Source: Octopus vulgaris (Eukaryota). Taken from it: DNA of 64,000 nucleotides. Shown here in pieces: positions 1-14,300 of the stretch (the stretch's first letter is position 1; every line of letters starts with the position of its first letter). The stretch lies in the NCBI GenBank assembly GCA_951406725.2, contig OX597823.1, forward strand, positions 36,146,001 to 36,210,000, read 5' to 3'. The position numbers were made by a program, and so were the translations under genes. The notes under the pieces were generated by a model. The model ran no database searches and was not told the DNA's origin. It saw nothing but the letters and a program-made list of their open reading frames with translations.

Positions 1-959
1 ATATATATATATATATATATATAATTTAACATCTACTTCTCCATATTTGCCTGGCTCATGTGGAATTTATTGAGATAGACTTTATGTGACTGGATTGTTA
101 CCAATACTTGTTTTCCTGCAAAGTAATATTTTCTGTGACCAGACGGTTTTTTCACAGAGGACTAGAAACACATGAGTGGTGGTCATTTTACAAGCATTAC
201 ATGATATTCAGGATAAGAATACATACACACTCTCATTTACAACAGGCTTCTTAGTTTCAATCTACCAAATCCACTGACAAGGCTTTGGTCAGCCCAGATC
301 TATAGTAGAAGACACCCAAGACCACAGGTTTGGGAAGCAAGCTTTTTAACTACACAGCCATGCCTACACTGACACATGTAAATAGAAAATTAATTTGCTT
401 CATGTCTTAGTATGCAGTTGCTAACAGACTTCGTCTTCTGTCATTGAACTATTTCACCATTCTTCATTTTTGCTTTAATGTAAGCTACAACTTCCGAATC
501 TTCACTAAGTTCATTTGACTGGAACATCAGTTGATAAATATTCAATTTTGAACTGTCAAGATGGCTGGGGTTTATGGGATTTGAAGGAGTTACTCTTCTA
601 GTTTTGTAAAATGTTGGAATTAAGCTAACAGAGCTATAATATGGGGGGAGGGGTATTTATTGGTATGTACAGACCTTGAGTTCAACATGAGTGATCAGGT
701 CCCAATTCATTATGGCTCCTCTGATAGCCAACAATGCAGATTGAGTTGAAAAATTAGTTACCATTATTTAGTGTAATATTAGATTTCAGAGCAACTTTTG
801 AGATTTTTATGTTTCCTTTCCATCATTTAATTATACACGTCTTCCTACATGTAATTATTCAATAATAAGGCAGTATCATCATCTAGTCTTTTAAATCTGG
901 AGTTTTGTTCCCGTTAAGAGGGGTGACCAGATCTACATCAATGCCATAACAACTACCCT

Positions 960-1570
960 CACACCATCTTACCTTGGTTTTGGGTATCCTCCTTTTTCAA
1001 ACCAAACCTCTCAATCTTCCATCTGTCCCCTCCACATTTTCCTCGGTCTGCCTCGCTTTTGCGCTCCATTTACCTCAAGCACAATCACCCACCTCACTCC
1101 ATTCACTCTTGCCAACCATTCCACCAATTCCTCCAACCCCAGCATTCCCATCAAATCCTCAGTCCTCCTCTTATCAAACAGCCTCACCCTACACATTTCT
1201 CTCACCATTGCTCTCTCGGTCCTTCTCAAATTTACCATCTCTCTCTCTCTCTCCCTCAGAAACCATGTCTACAATACAGCATTGCAGCTCTCATACAACT
1301 CTTGTAGACCCTTCCTTTCATCTTTAATGAGAACCTTTTCCAATATAACAGCACTCCACATTCCCTGAAGTTCATCCAGATAAATCTCGCTCTTGCCATC
1401 ACAGCTGCTTCACATCCACCACTTACATCAACCTTATCTCCCAAATAATAAAACTCTCTCACCATTTCCACTGGTTCTGCCAGCTCTCCAGCTCCTTTCT
1501 CACATTTTCCACAAACAAACTCTCTCGCCAGTTTTGGGGTCACCGTCTTCATTTTCGTACATCTACCATG
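960..1570 (-). mobile_element. RTE-type LINE 3' fragment (decayed)
   Basis: minus ORFs FYYLGDKVDVSGGCEAAVMARAR, KGRVYKSCMRAAMLY, KRGRPRKMW typical of RTE C-terminus. Confidence 0.75.
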
Positions 1571-2204
1571 GTTATATATAATCTCACATGTACTAAAAAT
1601 CCAGGCATTTTAGAGAATGGTATTAGTAGTAAGGTCTAATGAGAATAGTTGTATTGATTTCTAAATACATAGTTGATGTGTAAAGCTTATTTGGGAGATT
1701 ACACACTTATCATCATTATTTAGCATCAGTTTTCCATGTTAGCATGGGTAAGGCATTTTGACTGGGGCTGCACCAGCCTCCAGTCTTTTTTTGGCTTGGT
1801 TTCTATGGTTGGATGCCCTTCTTAATGCCAACCACTCCACAGAGTGCACTGAGTACCTTTTACATGTCACTAGCACTGGCCACAACTTTGATTTCTCTTA
1901 GCTTGTTATGTCTTCTCACACACACCGCAGATCACCAAAGATCTTGCTCACTTGTCATCGCTAGTGTGAGACTCAGCATCCAAAGATCATACTTCACTCC
2001 CTTGGTCCCATGCTTCCCTTGGTCCCATGCTTCCCTAGGTCTACCTCTTCCACAGGTTTCTTCCATTATTACAGATTCGCACTTCTTAGAGATCAATAGT
2101 AAATAAAATGTTGACTTACATTAGCTGATTATGAGATGTTGTTAATCTAAGAATTGATTTGCCTTTGTCTGAGTGTTATGATATTTTTGTCCCTTTTTCT
2201 TCAG

Positions 2205-2359
2205 ATCCCAACTAGTGCTGTGGAGATGCCCCATCACTTGATGCCTCAGTTGGATGTCCAGTTTGGTAATCTAGAATTCCGAGCCGACAGTTCCCCATTT
2301 AGCTTTACTGTTAGTGATACAGCTGTAACTTGCAGCTTCACCACAGCTGTGACCAACAA
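2205..2359 (+). CDS. UBAP2L: UBAP2L exon A (IPTSAVEMP...DVQFGNLEF)
   Basis: tttcttcag acceptor, gtatgt donor; conserved AVEMP/QFG motif. Confidence 0.92.
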
Positions 2360-5300
2360 GTATGTATTTTATTCTTTTCCATTTTTGTTCTCCACTCTAT
2401 TGTTTTAAACCTTATTTATCACCTTGTTTTTCAAATTTAATTTTCACACACATTATCTTGTAGTTCAAGTGGCATTTCAAACCACATGAGTTCCTCCAGC
2501 CAGCAATCAGCAGACTCTGTGATGACATCATCAATGTTGTCATCCAATCCTTCCAGCAAGTCGATCGGACATCTAGAACAATCAGCAGCTCGTGCTAATA
2601 TGTTTCCCAACAGTTACCAATCTCCTGCAAAGAAGGAGGTGACTGCATCAGCATTAGTTGGCCAGGCAAGTAAAGTAAGTTTACGCTTGCTTAAATTGCA
2701 TAAGTTTACACCTTTTCATTTTTAATTGAACAATTTTTATTTATATTTGTTCACTTTTCTAGATTGCCACTCCAGATCCTATACCATTTCCATCATCTCC
2801 AAATGAACGGAAGTCTAGTCCACTAATTGGTCCTGGTCCAAGAACTGGCCAGTCGCCTAGCTCCCTGAGTCAAAGTAAGTCTTTCTCTCTCTCTCTCTCA
2901 TTGTCTGTATTTTCTTTACTTCTTTATTCACATATTCTAATTTGCACAAATTCCTCCTCTGTTTTCATACTTTAATAGGCCTTTATTAGTTAGCAATATG
3001 TACTCTTGTTATATGAGTTCTATCAAGTCAGTCTCTGAAATTTACTTTAGAAACTGAGTTTGAAGAAATAAATGTGTGTAATGTAAGATTTTAAAAGGTT
3101 TGAAGTAATAAATGTCTATATGCACACTATATGTTACATAAATTTTATTTTGCTATCTTTTTAGGTGCAGTCCCTGTTCAAAAAGCAGAAACAAACAGTC
3201 TAAACTCTTTCACGCCCCCTGGTAGTACATATCCTACCGCAAGTTACCAGAGCCACAAGCCAGCCAGTGTAACTTCTTCATTATCTTCCACTACTGTGTT
3301 TAGCCACCCCTCTAACAGTCTGTCTCAATCAAATTCAGCTCATTATCCAGCCCAGTATCAAACACAGTACCCAAATACTCCCCAATACAACCATCAGGGC
3401 TACCAAACTAGTTCTTCATTCCAATCACAATCTAGTTACTCATCAAACCAACCCAATCAGAACTCTCTGTACCAAAGTTCTGCACAGACTAGTTCCTACC
3501 AGCCCCAAGGCAGTAACAGCAATTCAACGACTGCATACCACCCACGAGAAGCCCAATCAACACCTGCTAATTCGTATCAGACAGTTGTCAGCCAGTCATC
3601 ATATCAGCGAAGTAACCAGGCTAATCTGGCTGCCACATCTCAACCTCCACCTGTTATATATAGCAACCCTACATATGGATCAGCTCACCCCAGTTCTCTC
3701 CAAACATCACCGCTCACAGATGCTAAACTTTCAGAATCTCTTTCCAAAATGACAGTTAAGGATACCTCTCTAGAAAATTCTCAGTCTTCAGCTCAGGTAT
3801 GTGGCTTTCTTTTCACTTCAATAGTTTGTTTTATATAACACCACTTAGGTTATGGAGTTTTAATATTGGTTGTATGTCCATATAACAATATATCAGGTTG
3901 AGTAAAAAGTAAGCAATGTTTTGAACCATGAAGAATTTGTACTGGATTTTTACAGTGATTTGAATTTTTTTTAAACATTTTTTTGCAGTTGTCTGATAAT
4001 ACAGACGTAGACTTGCCCAAGTGCATCAATAAATTAACATTGATATTTTTTTTCACTGTTGTTAGTCATCTGAAATTGAGCTGTCAGAGTGCAATATTCA
4101 AGCAATTTTGCTATTCAGCTTCAATAAAGGATGTAAAGCAGCTGAAATTACTCGTGATATCAACAAAACGTTTGAAGACATGACCAGTGGGCGTAGTGGA
4201 CACCCATCTGTCATCAATGACGGTCTTTAATTGACCGTCATTGAGAAAGATCCACTTAAAATCACTTGCAAACTGACAAAAGAACTCCATTTTAGCCAGA
4301 AAACTGCCTGCAACCATTTGCATGCTATTGGAAAATCAAGAAATCTCAACAGATGGGTACTGCACGATTTGAATGAAAATGAGAAAATGCACAGATGTGA
4401 AATTTGCTTGTCGCTTCTTCTCTGTAACTAAACCAATCCATTTCTTGACTGTATTGTAACTGGCAATGAAAAGTGGATTCTGTGCAATAATAAAAAACGT
4501 TCTTCGCAGTGATTGGACCAAAACCTTCCCTAAACCTAAGCTCTTCAAAAAGGTTATTGTAACTGTTTGGTGGTGCACTGCTGGTTCGTCCACTATAACT
4601 TCTTAAAACCCAGAAAAATGATTACTGCAGAAACATATTGCCAAAATTTAATTAAAAAAACTGCTACTCCTCCATCCCAGACTGGTCAACAGAAGAGAGA
4701 CAATCATTCTTCATGGCAATGTTCGACCACATTTCACTAATGACGCTCCAGAAGTTGGGGGAACTTGGCTACTAAGTTCTTCCCCACCCAGTTTATTCCC
4801 CAGACCTTTCTCCTACCGACTACCACTTTTCCTTGCAAGATACTGAAAGTGCATTCAAAGAACTCCAGCTTTTTATGTTACCAGAATAAACAAACTTGTA
4901 ACTCGTTGGCATAAAATGTGTTGATTGTTATGGTGCTTGTTTTGATGAATAAAATTTCTGCATTGTTGAAATATATTGTGATGAATTTCATATTTCAAAA
5001 CATTGCTTACTTTTTGCTCAGTGTGATATTTATGTTAGATTAGAAATAAACTGTTGCTGGTTTTTTTTTTTATCTAGTTTATTGTCTCCTATTTTCCATG
5101 GTACTAGTGTAGCAGTTTTGCAATGTTTCTCTTACAGCTACTGGTTCCAGTAGAAATGTCATTCACTCTCTCATTTTCTGTGTTTGACAATCTCTGCTAA
5201 CTTCCAAGCCTCCTCCTGTTGATCTGATCACTGGCTGCTGGAATGTTTTCTCTAAAACCAGTTCTTCAAACTTGAACAGTGTTGCTTGTTAAATTTGACA

Positions 5301-8300
5301 TTAGAAAACTTGCCCATTATTTTTAAAGTTATTTCCTCTTCTTGTGTGTTAAAAGTTAGCATCAAAGAGATTTTTAAAGTGAAGTCCTTGTTTAAAATCG
5401 AAGAAATTGCATGGTCATATCAGTTTTTGATTGCTTCAAATGTTGCTTTATGTATTTCTTCTTGTTCTCACTGTAATTTTTATTTTTGTGTTAGTATGAC
5501 CATTCTGTATCTGCAACGACAACTACAGTAAGTCTGACGACGACGACCAGCACAACCCCTTCGTTGACCAGCTCCACCACATCAGGTTCTGTGATGGCAG
5601 CAACTACAACAACGCCATCTACAAAGGCTACTCCACAGCTACCAAACAGTAAATATTTACATTTTTCTCTAATTATGAATTAAGGAAGGAGGATTCGGCA
5701 TTTATTGCTTTTTTTTCCACACCCTATACTAACATCAGAATAAACATGCCAAACTCATCTAAACTTTCTAACTCTTTATTCACTCAGCCATTGGGACTAC
5801 TAAAATTTATATTAAGTACAAAATCAAAAAATAAAAATTTCAATGTTACTAGCAGCAGTAGCTTTAACCCTTTAGCATTCGAATTACTCTTTCAAATGTA
5901 AGGTTTATGATGTGATTGTTTATTTTTAGAGTGACACTGTAAGGTAGGTGAGAGAGGCCAGATTTGGTTGGTTGAACATAAATAGATAGTTGTGTTCGAG
6001 TAAACAGTCATTTAGTCATGTTGAAAAGTTGTTTTTTTTTGCTTTCCTTTACACAACTAGTCCGAATGGTCGACTTTTCCTATTATAGCTAGTCTTTCTA
6101 GCTCTTTATTGAATTTGTTCAATGCTGCAAACAACACGTGTTCCATTTGGGCCTAAAAACAAGTGTTGCCTTTTGTTTTAGTGCAACAGCCTAATCCTTC
6201 CAAAAAAACATTTGGAAACCATTTTAAAATTTTCTATCTCAGTTGTTTAACTTCATTTGCACTTTTAACCATACCGACTACATTTTCACAGAGAACACTG
6301 ATGGGGGTATCCCACATTTTAAATAACTCCATGTATTCTCTGCCAAATAGGTTTTTTTTTCAACACATAAATGATTGCCCTTTTCATTTTACCTCAAAAA
6401 ATTATATTGCAAATACATTCACCGATGAAATATAATTTCTTGTAACACCATATGCTACTTTACTTGATTTAAATAATTTTGGTGTACTGATTTGTTTTTC
6501 TGTTTCTACATTTATGAAAGTGATGTCACTGCCTTATTCTAATTGCATTTTGACAAAAGTGGTTTCAATTCTCACTTTCATGAATTTTCTGTTCATTGTA
6601 CAAACTTTTTTCTCTGATGACAAACTATTTTTTTTCTCATTTGGTCCAGTTTTCGTCATATTAGTTCTGCAGTGCAATTTAATGTGTCCTGTGTTCCCAC
6701 AATGGAAACACTTTGCTTCTTTGAATGGTCTCTCTTTTTTGGGGTACCTACCACCACATGCGATTCATGGGTTTATCTCTTGATGTATATCATGTTTTGT
6801 GTGAAACACTTTATCTGTCTTCCGACTTTTTCACACTGGTTTTACCTGTAAACAATCTGTGTTGGATTTCTTCTATGTCATGCCTTTTAGTATCCTATTA
6901 TACTCTTCTGACAGTTTCTGGAGAGTTATATCTTGGTTTATTTCCAGCTTCGTGAGAATTTTTGTTCTGACTTCTGTGTCCTTTTTAGCAGTAAGTCTCT
7001 GAATAAAAAATCAGGCACTTGAACGAGTCTGGGGTTAGTTTATCCAGTTTAAATCTCTTGCAATCTCTGTTCACTCTACCCACATATGTGGTAACATTGT
7101 CATCACTTTTTTCAGTGTTCAAGCACTTCCAACGATTTTTTCACTAAATATCCTACATAGAATGTCAATTGTGTCCATGAAATTTGTCTGAAACTTCTTT
7201 ATGCAATATAAAGCTACAGTATTTCTCATACTCTGTCGTTGCCAATTTCCTCAGAATTAGACGCGTTTTCCTTTCTTCCACCCAGTCTTGGCATTCTTTT
7301 TCAAAAATTTGTTCAAATCTTAGGTAATATGCCTCAAAAGTGATTCCTTCTTCCAGGTGATATTTAATTTCATTTGCTGAATTTGCTACATGGTCTGACG
7401 AAAACGTACTTTCCGGTTTTGTTACCAACTTCATTAGTTGTAACATTTGTTGCTGAGACTTGAAACTCGTATATATCACGTAACTGACGCTAACTCCGAG
7501 AACTTGTACAACAACTCTACTACTTACTGACCTGCTACAATGACTAGCTGTCTGACTTTTAGTGGCTCTTTTATACCATTTTGTCACGTGGGAAGGAGCG
7601 TACCATTTTCACTACAACTATTGGCCAACTATTTCTCCTGCAGTCGCCTCACCAGGAAGGTAGCATTGGCAGTGCTTCTCTCTGACACAAATCCAAACTG
7701 CATCTCATCTATGCTAACTCTCTTCCTAATTAATTAAACTATAACCTTTTCTGAACTTGTATCATCTGATCCAGCACCTTGCAAATGTTTTTTGTTATAA
7801 TGGAGTTAGAATTACACTTCAGTTTGTAGTATAGTGTCTATCTTCAAGTTTGACTACAATTTTTTATTTTTTTATTTTTATCTCAGCTGGAAAAGCCCCA
7901 CCTAACTTACCTCCTGGTGTTCCCCTTCTTAGCCATCAATACATAATGGGACAAGGTACAATACCACCTTACTTTGTAAGTATCAGTTTTGTAATGCTCT
8001 TTATTATAGCTTTGACTTTAAAATTTTCTGATGCCTAAGAATGTGGTTGAACCAACTTATTTGTAAGAGCTGAATAGATATGAAGAAAGCATCATTTTGT
8101 AGAAAAATGCTGTTTGTGAATAATCTGCTCTCCATAGTAATTGATACAAGATTATTTTGAGTGGGGCAGATGTTGGTGACAGAAAAAATATTTTTAAATG
8201 TTCTTATTTCGCACATTTAATGTCCATATTTCATGCTGGCATGAGCTGGACTGTTTGACAGGATCCAATGTATCCAATGTCATCATTGAGTTCCAATATC

Positions 8301-11300
8301 TGCTTCAGCATGGTTTTTATGGTTGAATGCCCTTCTTAATGCAAACCAGGGTTTTTTTTTTTTTTTTTTTTTTTTGTGCCACCTGCATTAATGAGGTTGC
8401 TATGCAGCTTGCAGCTGGACTATGAACCCTAGGTTTGGTGGTGGGGTCAGGATGATAGGATTATTATGACAGGTATGCGGAAAAATCTGCATGGGTTGTT
8501 CGTATGATTGTGTGAGAAGTGAAGGGGGAAACTATCAAAACGGGTGGGGTTGAAAGGAGGAGGAGACAAGTTTTGACTTACGGATGAAAGGGGTGTGCAG
8601 AAAAGTAGGAGTCAGTGAAGTAGCAGGAGTAGTAAAGATGATACAGTTTCTGATGGTGGGGAAGACAAGAGGGGAGGGGCAAAGAAGTAGGCATAGTGCA
8701 TGTGGTGAGGGAATCACTGTAATAGATGGAAGACCCCAAAACAGTTGAATGTGTTTCAACAACATGTTGGGCTCTATGGTGAAACTCACCAACCTGTACT
8801 ACAGGGGTTATAATGGAACAAGTAGCACAAGTGAGTGGGATCATAAAGTCCTAATAAGTCATGGTCAGAAACAGTTTGACCAAATTAGGATGTAATAATA
8901 ATAGTGCAGATGATGGAACACCACCCTTGAGACATTCACCTTAATACAAGATAATCTCTATCCTAATGTTAACATGGGATTTTCTTTTACATAAAAGACA
9001 TGGTTCTTCAGGACTTGTAAAACAGGCTTGTAATTTGTTTTGGTTCCTAAGAACTATACATGGTTTTAGTTTGAAATGAAGTTTTTATGATAAACTCCTG
9101 TTCATGTAGATTCATCAAAAATAATATTTTATCTTGCCTGAGTTCAATTTAGATACTTTTTAGAAAATTACCCCAACTTTTTACATTAGTAATGGTTTGA
9201 TTTTCAGAATATTAAACATTGCTCATTACATGTTAGGTTATTTATTTACTTGTCAAAAAGAAATGCTGAAAGGTATGTTAATGTACCTCATTTTTTTTTT
9301 CTCCCCACCCAGTCTCTTTCACAGAGCCTTCAGCAACCCCTGTATACTACTAGCTATGATGAACTGCAAATGATTCAACAAAGAATGCCAATGGTAAATA
9401 TTTTTATGTTCACATCCCTTTTAAATGTAATTATGTGAATTACCTTGTTGACATTTCTTATATTTTCCATTCTGTTATACTTGTGTGAGTTTTACCCTCT
9501 GTGATTACAAACCAATTTTTCTTATCCTGCAGGCTAGTAACTACTATGACATGGCAACTTTCCCAGTGCCCACCACATTAACCAGCCGGGATCAAGCTAC
9601 TCTTGGTAGTGTTCCAGGTTACTCTGGTAAGTAATTTAAGATGCATGTCTTAATGTAACAGAATCACTTTAGGTTATTTAAAGATTCTAGAACAGTAATT
9701 CAATAGTTAAGTGATGACCAAAACTGAAAGTGCAAAACTTGTCTAGTGTTATGTAGTTTGATATATAATTTGAATAGCTAGACTTTTTATAATTGAATAA
9801 AATTTGTGTGTGTAAATTGTCATCATTTTATGTCTGTTCTTTCCTCACCCTCCCAAGCTTACATTGTTTGAATAGGTTTGGCAGCACTCACCTTCTTTTG
9901 ATCCTTTATCATCACACACACATTCATAGTTAGGGATTTAAAAGTGTTCTAATTGAAGGATTTGATGAGAAGGAAATATACATATAACATAAAGGTCAAC
10001 CAGAAGTTCTTACAGAACAACTTACTCAGGGCTACAGATCAGATCTGTGGCTTGGGCAAAATTCTAGTCAGATCAAAGGTGGTAGGGTGATAAAACATGA
10101 CGGCAGAGAATTATAATCATGTAGCTATAAGAGAAGCTAGGGAACATGGCTATTTAGTAAGCAGAAAGGAAAAGGTTTGCCAATGTTCTACAGTGTGAGG
10201 AGCAGAGGCATGCATAAGGCGTTCCAGATTACAAGACAGTGTATCAGAGAGAATCAAGATGGATAATGCACTTAGTAATTCTAAAAAGAAAGAGGTGTGT
10301 AAGTGTTACTATGGAAGGCTACTAAATGTTGGTAATGCATGGTAAAAGAAGAGTCTTCCTAATATGAACCCAACTGAGCATCCAGCCATTCTTGTTGACA
10401 GCAATGTCATAGACAAGGCAATTACAGAAAGCCCCTGGTACATTAGGAATTACTGCTGAGATACTTTAAAATATCTGGTGGAATGAGATATAGCTGGTCA
10501 CATCATCATCATCATCATTCAATGTTCACTTTCCATGCTGCCATAGGCAGGTTAGTTTGACAGGAAACTGGCACGCTGCAGGGCTGCATTGAGCTCCAGT
10601 GTCATCTTTGGCATGGTTTCTGGATACCCTTACTAACATCAACAACTTACACTGGATGCTTTTTTCATTCCACCAGAGCTAACGTGGTGGCCAAGTATTT
10701 TGCAAGACAAAAAAGAACAGTGAAAAGGGGAAAAAACTGCTACTGCTAAGAGGAAGTATTGGAGGGTAAGGTGGAGGTGGGTGACTGTGATGTGTTGGAA
10801 TGTTAAAATATTATAGAGGGACAGGCACAGGTGTCTTGCTATAAAGGAGATACATGGCTGAAAGAAATAAGATGAAGATAGCATTGGGGTGCTAGAGCAG
10901 ACTCAAGGAACAAGACGGTGAGCATAAGAGAGGATACAGACAGTGGGGGTGTTTAGTATTTATTGTTTTATTACCTCGTGGCCAGATGTTACAAATGTTG
11001 TCTTTCTGTAATAATGCTTATATCAAGTACATTCCTCTCTCTCTCTAGCTACTGACAACAAATTGAGCCGAGTTGAAGCACAATCTCCAATTCCAACAAC
11101 ACAGCAACAATCAAGTCAGTCAGCTCACCAGCAACCCTATATAAATCTTCATTACCCTTACTACTATCCTTCCATGTTGCCAGGAGCTGCAGGGTTTCAA
11201 TATCACACAATGTTTGCAGTAAGTGCTATTATTACTTTCCTTATTACATCTCCACTCAACAACATTGCTTACAGATTTAAGATGTTCAGTGAGTAAGTAA

Positions 11301-14300
11301 CCAAATAAGGTCATATATTTCAGGTTCCTAATATCTGTTAGCATTTAAACTTTTCAATCAGGTGTTACTTTTTGTTAATTGTTCTCAGTTTTATAACTAC
11401 CTTCTAACATTTCAGCTTCTGGGTTTTGTTAGGGCTTTTTAAAAATTATTTATTAAACTGTATATAATGTAGAAATATCATTATTTCTAATTCTCTCTAA
11501 AGGAGACTATGGCAGCAGTATTGGATATTAATAGTTATAACCAAGCTAACATGGCAGTCCGGAAAATATATAATGTATTTTTACTTAAAATTTCAATGAT
11601 TTATTCTCAATTGGAAAAGTTCTTAGTCTTGTTCAACACTCATAAGTTGTATTTGCTACGTCACTGTTCAATTTACATAAGTTGGTTGTCAGTCATAAGA
11701 TTTACTGTTATTTTATGGATAGGGGACAAAATGCTGGTATTAGAATAAAATTGCACCCAGTTAATTTAGTATCAATCAGTATTTTAACAGTTGTAAGGAC
11801 ATCGTGTGGTAGCATTAGGTTGTAATAACATTGAATTGCTGCTGTTTACATATTCTGTATTACATCATTGATTATAACTCACTTGTGATTGCTTATTGAA
11901 AATCAATTAATTTACGTATTGCACCTCATTTCCTTTTATATGTGTGTAGTGTCAAGTCTCAATAAAAGTACATGTTTATCATTTCAGATGCCACCTGTAA
12001 CAAACACTGCCCATGGTGGAAATACTGGTACTGCACAGTATCAAAAGAATTATGGATCTCATGCATACAATACTGGTGGTAAAAGTAAGATAATTCAACA
12101 TTTTACAGCACCTACTCTGAATTTCTTTTTAAGAAACTTGGATAATATTAGATCAGTGGATTCTCATGCCGCAAACTCTAAAAATTGTTCTAAGAACCAA
12201 TGAAGTACTGGAGTCAATGTAACTGACTTCCCCTTTCTCTCAAAACTGCTGGCCTTATGTCAAAGTTATATATTGTTACTGATGAAACCATGATGGTGTT
12301 AATTAGTGTAATCTTCAAAATTAAGAGTAGATATAACAGAGAACTTAAAAAGTGTATACCTGATACACAAGAACTTTACCCATTGTTCCCCACCTCTCAA
12401 ACTTCATGGTTATGCTCAGGATAACATGATCAGAGGTTATATCTACTGTCCAAGTTGATAGGTAATGAAAGGTTTAAATCACTATATTATTTGTATTTTG
12501 TGAAGTGGTGTCACATTAGACCTGAGACAAACAATAAAAATGGTTTCCTAACCCTTTTTTGCTCATTTTCCCTTATGAAATGTACAGGTCAGCTAAATTA
12601 ATCTCTTCCAAAACATATCCAGATGTGCAAAAAAGTTTCAGTTAAAAATAAATTTTAAAATTCAGTCATACATACATTTTTTAATAGTGACATGTTCATC
12701 ATCATTATTTAACATCCATTTTCCCTGCTGGCATGGATTGGACAGTTTGATCAGAGCTGGTATGGTCAGGGGCCACACCAGGTTCCATTATGTCTGTTCT
12801 GGAATGGTTTCTTCAGTTGGATGTCCTTCCTAATGCCAGCCATTTAAAGTGTACTGGGTGCTTTTGCTGTAGTATCAGTATTCTAAAGAAAAGATTAAAA
12901 TTTTCTCCTTTTCAGAGATCCTTAATTGCTTAAAACCAATGTAAACAATAGTACATTATTTAAATTAACATATTTCTCTGTTGAATACTTTCTTACAGCA
13001 AGTGGTGTTGGTTCAGGAGCTGCATCAACTGCTGACATCCCAGGTTCTGGTTACGGAAAATCTCATGGACCAGTAAGTTTTAGATATTTTTGTATCATTT
13101 TTTTTTTAATATAGTTAGGTTCTTTCTTCCTACTATTTTGTTTTTAAGAAAAGGCTTTTTTACTTTTTATTTTTTCTAATTTTAAAATTTTCTTTCTTTT
13201 TTTTTTTTACATTTTAAATTATTAACTTTATCACTGTCCAAGGTATCATTATCTCTTGGTGTTAATAACTAAAGTTATCAGCTAATGCTTTGCAATCCTT
13301 AGGTTTTTTTTATATATGAATCAACATTGGCATAATTATCTCTTCAAATGATTTGTCTGAGTTAGGCCTGGAGAAAGGGGCTGTGCCTGACCTTCACAGA
13401 AAATGGTAGAATTTTATGGAGGAAGGACTAACAGTGGTTTGAAAGGTTGGGGAAGGTGAACACTGGGTGATAAATGGAGACTTGAATGAACCAGCTCCAT
13501 GATATAGAGCCCATGTAGTTAGTCTTGGACAAGGTAAAGCAGCATGCCAGGAGCCTAGAACTTGAGATATGTTAATAACTTAATGCTAACTTGTCAAGTG
13601 AACATGTGATTTTAGCTATGTAGGTGTGTGACAATAACAGTTTCATCCCAGATTTGGCAGCATTATTGCATTGTAGAGAAGTTGATAGTCACTGGGGGCT
13701 GAGGTATTTTTTTGGACATGCACAGGAACAACAGTATTTGCTAAATTGAAGTGTCAGTGAGGCCTTGTAGAAGTTATAGTTGCATGCCATTTTTATTTGG
13801 GAAGAGTGGTGGTACATTTTGTTGGTATGGGGTTTTTTTTGATGAGGGTGATGGCTTGACATGGTTCCAGTGGAGGATGTTTTTGGGGTGTGTGTTTATA
13901 GTGTAAAATGTTTAAGCTATATGTGTGTGGTGTTTGGGTGTGCAAAGCCGGAGAGCAAAGAATGTGTTGGAATGAGTGTTGTTGGGGGAGGAGACAAGCC
14001 TGGCCCCTGATGCACACCTAAGTTGATAGTGTGGGTCTGTTAGGATATGCAACAATATGGGAAGCAAGAGAAGAATGGAAACCATAGGTGGACAGTTTTG
14101 ACAGGAGATTCTTTGTCAGACGCTCTGTTGATGTTGAGGGCAATACTTCCATGAAATACGTGTGCGATGAGAGCATGCTAATGAATGACCTAAGCAGGGA
14201 GAGTTTTGAGGTGTTGGTGACGGTCAGTTCCAATGACTGTCTCCATTGGCTTTGATTACTGTAGGATCGTGGGAATGGAACATTGTAATAGACTTCCAAC

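Noticed and set aside
12270-12305. CTGATGA-aaccatgatggt hammerhead-like start
   Set aside because: GAAA box absent (gtta) and no convincing stems I or III
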